Assembly: GCF_000143415.4 (NCBI RefSeq)
Contig: NW_003314356.1
Span: 655,093 to 719,092, forward strand
Direction of reading: 5' to 3'
DNA: 64,000 nt
Source of the DNA: Selaginella moellendorffii
Lineage: Eukaryota > Plantae > Lycopodiophyta
This document shows positions 51,110-62,211 of this stretch, piece by piece. Under the pieces are notes generated by a model that was not told the origin of the DNA, did not search any database, and worked only from the letters and a program-made list of their open reading frames with translations. Each line of letters starts with the position of its first letter. Position 1 is the stretch's first letter. The position numbers were made by a program, and so were the translations under genes.

Positions 51110-51699
51110 CATAATATACTAATTATAATTATATAGTATATGGATGATCTATTGAATTGAATTTAGTCTATTCATTCATGTATATAAGCAGGGGTCTACA
51201 CCTTAACATATTTATTCCCATATCCTGAATATTCACATTTGAGTTGAGGGGCAATGCAAATTATCTTTGGAAGGCAAATTTTTATATTAGTGATTTGCTT
51301 AGTGTTCAGGATTATGTTTTTGTTCTTATTCTTTTCTTCTCTTTTAGATTTAGATTTGTATTCTCTTTTCACTAGATTTAATATTGTATTTTTTCTTTAA
51401 TTTTCATTGCATTCCCTTCTTCCACCATGTTATGTCATCATTGATTGAAGGGTATATCATTTGAGGTTATAATGGATGTCATTATTGTCACATGGCAATG
51501 TTATTTTTACTACTATATCCTCTTTAGATTGATTTTTTGCTAATGTGAGGTATGATCTTATTAATGCTTCTCCAATCTTTGGTGTGTTTCCACTTTCAAC
51601 TTATGTGAGGTATAATTACATGACTTCTATTCTTAGTGTTTTACCATCTTCTGTTAATATAATGTCAATTGGAGAAGCACAGATAATGCAATTCAATTC

Positions 51700-53500
51700 T
51701 TGGAGAGTATTTAAAGATTAAGCTTATAGGAAGACAATTATTCACAAGCTTGAGTGGATTCCCATTAACAAAAAATTTGATTATTTGAAGATAACTTTAG
51801 AGACAAATTAAAGATTTCATGAGGTAGGTGTCCATCTTTCAATTTGCCATCTAAAGCATTGGTAGAAAAAGCAGAAAGAGCTACACTATATGCTATGAAT
51901 GCCAAAATCAACTAAGTATTATTAATTAATTACAACTACATTGTAAGCAACTACACCAATTATTACTCAAGGAGTATGTTATTCTACAATGAAGATGAGC
52001 TGTGCAATTTAGTTCTTGGATCTTATAGGAAGACGATGTTTACAAGTTTGAATAGATTTTTACTAATAAAGAATTTAAAGTTTAATGATAACTTTGAAGA
52101 TAAATAAAAATTTCATGGGGTAAATGTTTATCCTTGAATTTACCATCTAAATATTGGAACTACATTATATATTATGAATACTATTATTAACTTAGTCTAA
52201 TTAGTAAGTTGCAACCATATAGCATCAAGTAAGTGTAACAATTGCTACTTTATAGGTAAAGAAAGAGTATGTTGCTTTGCCATGAACATAAATTATGGAT
52301 AATCCTTCAATCTGCCATTTAATCTTTCCTTTTTGCCTTTTACTTTTTCCCATTTTTTTTGTTATTTCCCGGACTTTATTATTCTTAGGTTTTTAGTGTT
52401 TTTTTCCTCATTTGCAAAACTTTTTTTTATTGGTACATTAGTTTAGACTTCCAAGAGGTCATCCAACTCTGTACTTCTCAAATCCAAATATCCTAAAACC
52501 TTTAACTAATTGAAAAAGGAGGTGTATTTTTATTTATGGGCCCTTTCCCTTTATATTTAAACTTTTATAAATTATCTTTTAAGTCATTCTCTTTAATTAT
52601 TTATAATTTATCATATTTCCTTACAAGTTCACACTCTTGTGAAAAGAAGTTAAAAGTTGCATTTCTTTTGACAACCCTACTCTTTTAATACTTTATAAAA
52701 TATAAGTTTTTAAAGTTTAACCTCCTAGGACATTCCCTTTAGTTATTTATAATCCATCATATTTTCTTACAAATTCATGCCTTTCTAAATAGAAATTAAG
52801 AGTTATAATTATTTTGACAACCCCAATCTCTTAATACTCTATCCTTTGGGAACCCAAATGTAAGTTTTTTAAATTTGGATTTCTTAAGAAATCACCCAAT
52901 TTAGTACTACTTAAACCCAACGACATATAACATTAAAGATCCCAAATATAAACTTTTTAAGTTTGAATCTCGTGGTCACCCAACTTAGCATTACTTAAAC
53001 CCAAAAATGTTTAACTTGAAATATCCCAAATATAAACTCTTAAGTTTAAACTTTATACCTAATACTAAAGACATTTAACTTTAAGTATTCTAAGACCTTT
53101 AACTAATTAAACAGGGGGTGGTGCACTTTTATTTATAGGCTTTTTTTCTCTATTTAAATTTTTATGGATTGTTTCTTTAGTTATTCCTTTTGATTATTTA
53201 CATTTTTAGTAAGTTATTTTTGAGAAAAATTAAATTTATTATATTATTATTAAATATTATTTTTAATTTGAAAAATGTAAGCTCATATATTTAGACTTCC
53301 TATGAAGTTACCTAGCTTAATACTACTCAAACTCAAGGATGTTTAACCTTAAATATCCTAAAACCCTTAACTAATTGAAAAAAAGAATGCACTTTTATTT
53401 ATGGGTCTTTTCTCTTTATATTTGAGCCATTATATTTAAACTCTAATGAATCATCTCTTAAATCATTCTTTTTAATTGTTTACACTATCACCTTTTATAC
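51700..53500. repeat. AT-rich degenerate tandem duplications
   Basis: CTTATAGGAAGAC...GATAACTTT...TTTCATG unit at ~51723 and ~52022; TTTAGACTTCC / TAAAACC.TTAACTAATT...TTTTATTTAT units at ~52440, ~53090 and ~53290. Confidence 0.7.
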
Positions 53501-54035
53501 CATCTACACTTAAATGCTTATTTTCAAGGTTCTAAGATGGATAGGAAGATGGGCAACCTCCTCTTCTTATTAGCATATTTGACAATGTCTTATAAGCTCT
53601 ATTTCGTTAAAGTGGGAATTATCATTATCCCACTTGTAAAATAAGGTTTCCAAACTTTTATATAGTATATAAATATAACAAAATTCAACTGCATTGAGGC
53701 ACATGCCATTTTATTTTAAACAAGGAAATGTCTACTCAATCACTTTTCCTCCCCCTGCCACTGCTTCACCTCTCTCTTCTCCTTGTCATCGTCGTCCAAT
53801 TTCTTTCCATCCTTTTAATATTGGCTCAGTTGCTCCGAGTCTAGGTAGAGCCCAAGTCCCCATTCAATCTTTACTTTCCCCTTATTAATAAAACAACTTC
53901 GTAGACTTCCAATAACATGCTGTAACACTTCTAGTATAATGCAAATCCTCTCAAAGAATTGTCTTTTAATATTAATAAAATGGCATGGAACCCCATGCCA
54001 TAATAAGTTACATTTTTAAATAAATACATGCCATC

Positions 54036-57000
54036 TCAGACTGTTATTTTTTGCCTCCAACGCCTATACAATAATCTTGGAATTTCATCACTCTCCACAC
54101 TATCAGGATTTAAACCCAATAGTAATGCCATCTCTTCTCTAATACGTCCACGCTCATGTTCAGTGGTTGAAGAACCCATCCGGTTGAGTAGATTATGGAG
54201 ATGCGGATAGTGCTTGGCTAGACAATATACATGCCATAAATGATGACTGGTGTCTGTCCGATCAAATGGCTTCTGATATACCGTTCCATCTGCCATTTGG
54301 TTGATTTCTGCAGCCACCTCTTGGACTGGCCGATTCTCTATCACCATCGCTCCAAGCCGTTTTGCAAGGTCCCCCAGAACATACGGTTTCTTCTCCCTAG
54401 TTTCCATACTGCAAGAGATGGGGTGCACTGCATATGTGTGCGTGTTCACTGCAGTTTTAATCGGCGAGTCATCGATGATGAGGATTTCACTTGACCTAGC
54501 AATCCGGTTCATCACTACAGCCTCTGGCTTGACGAAGATGGGCTTGCTACCCCTCACATGGACCATAGTCAAGCAATCCTCCTGCGTTAGGAGAAAGTCA
54601 AATGGTAATATTACTCGCGTCTGATCGTGCATCATCTGTAGCAACGTTAATGCATTGTGGCGCATCATGGATGTCCAAACTCCCAATTGCAAATTGAACC
54701 TGGCCCTCTGTTTTAAGTGTCGCATGGTCATTATTAGATCCCGCAGTTTCTCCCGTGTGATTAATGTGAATCTGTTTCTTTTGACCAACTTGCGACCGCA
54801 GGCTTTGGAGGGTGCAGTGACATTCGAGGACGAGCCACGCTCATGGGAGAAAAGGACACCGTTCAGATCAAAAACGATACAGTACTTTCGCCGTGACTCT
54901 GAAATGAAATGCGTCAGCATAAAAAATGGTACAAGTCAATTTTACCATCTACAATGAAGGGCGGAAATACTCTCCTCTGCAATGTGGGGTCAATCGCATC
55001 CGATGGCGTGTGGGCACATGCCATTTCAGCTGTAGACTCTAGTACAACTGGCTCAACAGTGGCATGGGGTGGTTCCGATGGCGTGTGATCACACGCCATT
55101 TCAGCTGGTGCCTCCGTTGGCAAAGTGGACATGACCGAACAGGCAGCAGGGGCGGTGTAGGGAGGTTCCAACGGCGCATAGTCAGACGATTGGGCACACG
55201 TTGAGTCCGTTGGAAATGAGGATACGACCAGCTCGGCGGCTGGGGCGGCCTCATGCGGGTCCAATGGCGCCTGGTCACCGTCAGGTGGATACGTGGACAA
55301 GATTGACTCAGTGGTATGGGCAGCATCAAGTGGAGCGTGGTCAGCTTGCTTGGCGTTGATATGGATAGTAGCCTCCACCAACTCTGATGACTCTTGCAGG
55401 CAAGTAGAGTCCACTGGCGGATCCATATGCATGTCCAAATATCTCCCTTCGATTGAGATGGTATCCTCCCTACTGGCTACTAAAAACAAACTCATTAGCA
55501 CATTGAATCGACTATACTGTATTTACCATCAACTGCTATTGAGGAACTAGGACCGATATCACTTGGGCGCACTGCTGATTCTGAAGGATTGGACATACGT
55601 TTCGACCCTTGCTTGGCACTATCCTTCCTCGACACTAAAGGCTAGAGTTTGTATCTTAATTCAACTGAATAATCTTTACTTACCATTTGCTTTGCAACCT
55701 ACATGGACAATGTTAGAAATGTTAAAAGGTTAGGAATGGATGTACTATTATTTACCTGATGGTTTGTCTTGTATGACCTTCCTCCACTGCTCTTTGGCCA
55801 CCTCAGGCTGGCCATCGTCGTCATCATCGTCGTCGTCGTTATTGTGATCGTCACCATTGTGAGGACCATCCAAGTCCTCTTCGTCCTCCTCTTCTTCGTC
55901 CTCCTTTTCTTTGTCCTCCTCCTCGTCCTTCTGCTCTTCCTGCTCATTATCTTTCTCTGGCTCCTCATCCCCCTCCTGCATTTCTTCCATAGGCTGCTCA
56001 GGCTGGATGGCTTGTTCTTCCAGGACCATCTTGGGAAAATCATCTGGCCGAGTCTCCATCTCAAAATACAAGACATCCATAGCCTGTTTTAGTGCGTGAC
56101 CTAGGACCGTATCCTCACCCGACTGTCTTAACATGGTTTCTGCACGTTCTTGCACCCTTCGAAGACGACGAGATGAGAAAAACGTGGCCTTGACTTGAAA
56201 AGCATCCCTCATCCATTGTACCTCTCCATTGAGATTGGGGAAGGGGAGTCTGCCATAGGAATCTGAGTTAGGAGGTGGTGACCGCGAAGCATTACCTATC
56301 ATCTTTTCGTTGCCCTTCTTCCTTTTCGAATCAAACGCCTCTGATCTCGACGACTGTCCAACGTGCTTTCGCTTTTTATGACCACTGTCAATTTGAGCTT
56401 GGCTGGTGCTTGCCTGTTTTGCCTTTGAAGAAGTGTCTCCTGCAAGGAATGGCATGAGACCACACGCCATTGCAAATATAATTTGTACCTCCTTTTTTCC
56501 TATTGCTTGTCTGTTTATCCTTCTTCGACACGCCACCAGTGCGCTTTTCAGTCCTCGTGTCTGAATATTCACAACGATCTATAATCAAAATGGCGTGAGG
56601 CCTCACGTGACCTTACCTTGTGCAGGTTGTGAGCTCGGCCCAACAGTAGCTGTTAACGCCGTTTCAGCATCTGGGGGTGGCCACGCTCCTGCATACAGAG
56701 CTTGTGAGATAACATTTAAACTTAAAGTGCGTACTCACCAGGTTCGCAGAGAAGATACTGTTTTTCTTTGGCAACTGTAATTATATGCTTCATTGAAGTC
56801 ACCTCTTCAATGGAGTTTGTCACCACAACACACGGGACACCCTTGAGTAGTGCGGCTTGAAAGAATAGTCCGCCGCAGTTGTACTCGACAACGCATTTGC
56901 CCTTGGAGTCGGAAGCAGGTGACCCACCCGCTATTGCGTTGAAGACCCAGTTGAGCATTTCCCATGCTGCACCTGGAGATTTCTCTGGATTCGAAAGCTC

Positions 57001-59298
57001 CATAGCCGTCTTCAGTTCCTCAGGCACGGGTAAATTGACCTCCCTCAGATCAATTCGATCGGCCTTGTCGAACGAAGCTGGGAAGTCACTCCAGTCCCAC
57101 TCTGCTGCAGGACCAATAACAAGGGTGAGTGTGAAGATGCGGACATTCGTCAGTATCTTCTTCTTAGCCATTATCCCATGGATCTCCTGCATCTCCTTGC
57201 CTTTCAACCGAGCCTTCACCTCGTTCAAGGCCTTCCAGAACTTGTGATAGGATTCGGAGTCGTAGATCATATAGTGGACTGAAGATTCCACCTCCGCAAG
57301 TCCCACCATTAAGTCAATGATGGAGCTGACTTCGTCTGCATGAGTGATCTCCTCGTTTGTGAAGTCCATCACACAAAAGATGTTCTTGACCTGCTCATCT
57401 CCGCGGGAAACGATGCTCCTCCACCTTTGATCCTCATCCGAATTCACGTATACCCGGTAAGGTTTTCGATAGGCCTCTGCTGCGGGGTCGAGCTGTTTCT
57501 GAAGCCGGTGGTCGACATCCCTCTTAATGAAATTTGGATACTGATCCAACTTCTCAGCTTTACTTTTCGTGGCATCCCGCAGCAGATCGATGAACTTGGG
57601 GGCCCCCTTCACGTAGTCGTCGATGTCTTCATTTGACAACTCTAGCTCTTCCATCATCTCTTGTGTGGTGTCGATGCTCACCCTCTCCACGGCCACTTGC
57701 TCGAAGATCCAATCCTTCAATAGCGCACGAGCTCTCAGAGTCGTGCACAAGTCCTCGTATGTCACAATATGGCCGGGAGTCATTTTGGTCTTGTTGAAGA
57801 CTACCTCACCACGTAGAAGAGCATTAGCCACTGTCAGAAGGTCGTCGTCGTCTAGAGACCACGAGAAACGCAAGGCGTTGAGCTTCAAATCATTGGGCTT
57901 CCGGCCGTCCTCCACACCCATTGAGTTTAGCAACTCCCCGTCATGGTACCTCCTCAGCACATCTACCCATTTTTCAAAAACAACTTTTGTCGCAAGTAGA
58001 ATGTTATGGATGCTGAGTGTGTCATTGACCCCCAGTGTTTTCGAGAGAAGACTCGAGAATTCCTGCAATGGAAATGGCGTGAGGCCACATGCTATGCCAC
58101 ATGCAACGAGGCTTACCTGCCAGGCGCTAGTTGCTAGTGCACGTCCTTGTCCTGGTTTTTGTGGCTTCTTCAGTTGAACCCAGAGCTTCCGTGTTCGTGC
58201 CAATGTCTCGTGCAGACCCGATTTGTAGCACGTTTCTTGCTTGACATTCTGCGCGTGGGAGATGGATATGATAGATCGGAGGGGCGAGTTGCCTTTTATT
58301 AGGCGGACAACTCTTGTCTTGAAGACTTTCTTCACCTCCTCGCCCACCATAATATCCAGAACTATCTCTTGCATCGCCAAGCTAGAATGCTGCCCGGAGA
58401 CGGCATAGAACCGGATGTTTTGATCGTCCAACACCTTCCTATTGATCAAGTCTGGAAACCTCGTCTCGCCCTTCATTGTTTAGTAGTAGGGGATCACGTC
58501 TGCGATGTCGGGTGTTACTGGACTTGCCAGCATCTTCTGCTTCAGTTTCTCCACCCACTCATCAGATACTAGCCTGTGGTTGTATTTGCTTTGGATGTCG
58601 ATACGGCTCACGTCGATTGTATATACTTTGTTGGAATAGTAACAAGTACTATTATCTGCGACGATTTTTGCTGCCTCTTCTTGCTCTTTCTGCTCTTTGC
58701 GGCTCTTCTTTTTGGTGGGTGTAGTGTTCGAACCCGAGGCAATGGCATCACCGAGTAGCTTCTTTTTTGGAGCTGCAGGAGAGTCGGACGTCGGCTTGAG
58801 CTTGACCACCCTTTTCTGCTTCGGGGTAGTTTCCAGATCGACCCCCTTCCCCTTCGCTTCGCGAACTGGAGGCACTCTCAACGGCTCAATGTTGGAATAT
58901 AGTTTTTGAACATCGCCGTAGGTGAGGTCCGTGGATTCCATGTGATCTTCATAGACCCGCAGCGTCTTTGAAATTGTGGGCCTCCTGGACAACCTCTCCC
59001 TAGCTCCCTCTAGGAATTCCTCATAGCCGCTACCCCCCTCCGGGAAGCCGCTAGGATGTGCAAGGTGGATCTTGAAGGCGGACGCTGTCTCTACCACAAG
59101 TGCCAGTCCATATTCTTGCATGGAACTGCATGGAGTGTCTGTCACTTGGATGAGGATCCCCATGCATTCTTTTCTCCCACCATCTGTGTTGTACAGCCTC
59201 AGATCCTCGCCTTCCATCCCGAAAGTCCAACTGGTGAGCTCCTCCCCCTTCTCTGCATCCACATTAACAGTGGCTGGAAGAAGAACGCAATTCCTCGC
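54036..59298 (-). CDS. Multi-exon fusion: ParB/Srx-like domain + degenerate beta-class N4/N6 DNA-methyltransferase-like fold + acidic/low-complexity linker + FCP1/NIF-like HAD phosphatase (one in-frame TAA at 58480-58482)
   Basis: Exons join in frame: ~59298-58117, 58062-56739, 56688-56617, ~56560-56489, 56439-55756, a 15-nt microexon ~55698-55684, ~55634-55527, ~55479-54946, 54898-54036. Motifs YTIDVSRI...R.VSDEWVEKL...FYAVSGQHS..A...HAQN; NPEKSP...KCVVEYNCGG...AALLKGVPCVVV; IVFDLNGVL, GVWTS, FVKP, IIDDSPIK. 5' end not resolved. Confidence 0.72.
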
Positions 59299-59689
59299 CT
59301 ATTAAAAAATGCACAACAATTAGAGCTGACAGATGAAAAGCTAGCAGCTGGAAATAACGTGAGGCCATACGCCATTCACCACTGCATCAGATGTCTTGAG
59401 GCTGCATCCTAAGATGGCGTGAGGCTACACGCCATCTGTAACCGGACTGCACTCGAGAGCCCAATCGGTGCATGCCAATGTTGCTACTGAATGGCATGTG
59501 GCCTCATGCCATTTTCTACTTGGCCTAAAAGACTTACCATTTGAAGCCGAATGAAGGCCGTGACAATCGAGGCCGGACTCGCTGGCGAATGTGCACTGTG
59601 TGTGCAGTGGATCGTAGCAGCAAGGCTACTCTGCCACTTACAGTTGGAGAGTAGCGCTGAAATCTCCCGGGACGCCAAGTGGGCTGCGT

Positions 59690-59746
59690 GTGGGTGGCGG
59701 AGTGGGCGGCGGAGTGGGCGGCGGAGTGGGCGGCGGAGTTGGCGGC
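59690..59746. repeat. 12-bp G-rich tandem repeat (GGCGGAGTGGGC)n
   Basis: About 4 units, seen directly. Confidence 0.9.
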
Positions 59747-60247
59747 AAAGTTACAAACTGGGTGTGTCTTGAAGTGGACGCCGATGCACACGAGCGCGAT
59801 GCGAGCGCGAGTGTGATGCAAGCGCGAGTGGACGCCGATGCACACGAGAAACTTGTAGAGAAGGTAGATGAGCGCGAATGTGAGCGTGATCGCGAGTGGG
59901 AGTGCGATGCGAGCGCGAGTACGAAGCAAAATGCAAAACCTAACCTCACACGCGCGAAATGTCACGACGGTTGGTAATCCCACCACGTCATCATTCCTCG
60001 GACTTGGGCGCCACCATTAATTTCTGGATCGCCGCGCGCATGCATGCACGTGAAATCCAAAAGAAATCCGCAACGTCATCATTCCTCGGACTGCATGCAC
60101 GCGAAATCCAAAAGAAAGATCATGATTGGGATATCATTTAATACCCTCGCTATATTTATACCATGCATGATTGGATATTCCAAAGCATCTTGTATTTCCA
60201 AAAATGCCAGATGTTCAGCTAAATAAAGAATGGTATACAATGGAATT

Positions 60248-61550
60248 ATAAGATCTGGTTTGTCAGAGGATTTGATGTGACGTTCAAGCGTGTGGGCTCA
60301 TGCAATTTTGATCCCAAAAAATGCACCAAAAAATGCTCGGCGTCATCTGGCGTTATCTCTTGAATGGCGTGGGGCCGCATGCCATTTTCAGGGGCACATA
60401 GGAGTATATTCCTAGAATATTCTGACGCGCGAGATTTTTTTGAGTTTTCTGGAGATCCAACCGTTAGATCGCAACTAGATTTTACAGAATGGTATACAAT
60501 GTCTTTCTTGATGACCCTGCAAAGAAGCATCTCGATCGGACACCACATGAGACCACACGAGCCTTACAATGTTTCAGGGGCATTTGCCATAGATCCGACC
60601 GTTATTTTGCTCCAAGATTTTACAGTTTGGTGTGCATTGACCTTTCCATCGACACTGCAAAGGGACATCACAATCAGATGCGGGATCACAAGAAACTAAC
60701 TTCATTAACTCTGGTTTCACCAAGATCTACGTAAGGAGTTATGAAATGAAAGGACCCTCTTTATTGAAATGTGTTTATGGTCCTAGGGGCATTGTGACAT
60801 ATCAAAGGATTTTGCATCAAGTTCTGTATTTGCATGTTTATCAAGCTACTGAATTGCTAAACCCTAAACCCTAAACATGTGGCAAATGCTGCGTGAAGAA
60901 AGATGCCCTTTCTGGGCAAATGCTGTAAGAGGCAGATGCCGAGCAGATGTATCTCAGGCTAGCGAAGGGGACAAACGAAAGCTAGCTATAAACATGACGG
61001 GATGCAAATAGATTACTAGGCTGGTCCTGCGAAAATCAAAAACCATAATTGAAAACATTGAAAATGCAAAAAGAAAGGTTTATAATATTTTTGAATTTTA
61101 AGCAACCAAAGGAATGTAAGTAGGGCATGTGTTTGTAAGTTTAAAAATGCCTCAACCACTTAAATTCTCAAGTAAATAAAGCTGTTTCTATTTTTGGTAC
61201 AGGTAAACTTTATAGCGTGTGGGCTCATGCAATTTTGAACCCAAAAATGCACCAAAAAATGCTCGACTAGCATTATTCTTTGAATGGCGTGTGGCCTTAT
61301 ATTGCCATAAATGGACGTACACACACAACATAATTATTCCTTTACACGGCGAATAATCTTGGCGCGGATCGCTGACATGGCATGGCAAAGTTCGAATCAC
61401 TGACATGGCACAGCTGGATCGAGGCAAGGACATGATGTGACAAAGTTCAACCTCCGACAGCAAAGTCTAGAAGCTACTCAGTTTGAAATTTGTCAGAGGA
61501 ATCATAAGATCTGGTTTGTCAGAGGATTTGATGTGACGTTCAAGCGTGTG
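60248..61550. repeat. Split direct repeat in the divergent intergenic region
   Basis: 60248-60294 is identical to 61504-61550 (47 bp); 60287-60339 approximately matches 61214-61265. Confidence 0.88.
60857..60876 (+). repeat. Short plant telomere-type repeat / telo-box (CTAAACCCTAAACCCTAAAC)
   Basis: Direct inspection. Confidence 0.75.
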
Positions 61551-61873
61551 TTATTTTTGAATTCTCGAACTCATTCCTAGGTCTATCATTTTTGTGCGCC
61601 GTGTTCTTGGTTCCGCTGAGCGCAGTGAGCGCTGCTTGTGTAAGCGGCGTTGTGGGCTGTGGTTTATGCGTCTACGAGCGGTTGCGGCATTGCGAGCGCC
61701 ATTGTGAGCGGCAGTTTATGCGAGTGGCAGTTTGTGCGAGCGGCGCTACGAGCAGTTGCGGTGTTGCGAGCGGTGCTACAAGTAGTTGCGGTGTTGCGAG
61801 CTGCACTATCTTTGGTGTGCCTTCCTGGTATGTTCACCATGGAATGTCTTAGGACCACATTTAGAAATGGCAT

Positions 61874-61973
61874 NNNNNNNNNNNNNNNNNNNNNNNNNNN
61901 NNNNNNNNNNNNNNNNNNNNNNNNNNNNNNNNNNNNNNNNNNNNNNNNNNNNNNNNNNNNNNNNNNNNNNNNN
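61874..61973. other. Assembly gap (100 N)
   Basis: Run of N; the left flank ends in ATGGCAT, the start of the palindrome. Confidence 1.
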
Positions 61974-62211
61974 CAATTTCATGGCTAGCGTATTGTCATG
62001 TATGTTTTTACTTGCCTGCAGCTGTGTGTATATCAAGATGGCATGAGGGCTCATGCCAATTTTGTGAATGCGAAATTTCACGTGGGTGTCAATAGCATGT
62101 TTGAATAATGGCATGTGGCCTCATGCTATTGAGGTTGTTTGGTATATTATGATTTAGGCCATTCTCCAATCATTTTTTGTATGGTCTTAACTTCTTTTCT
62201 GCACTTTCAGA

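Noticed and set aside
51180-51500. Possible LTR/5'-UTR remnant related to the 13.6-kb element
   Set aside because: Only short AT-rich similarities (TATATAAGC, TTTAGATTTAG); too degenerate to call.
60857-60876. Chromosome end or telomere
   Set aside because: Under three units and internal; better explained as a telo-box or repair filler.
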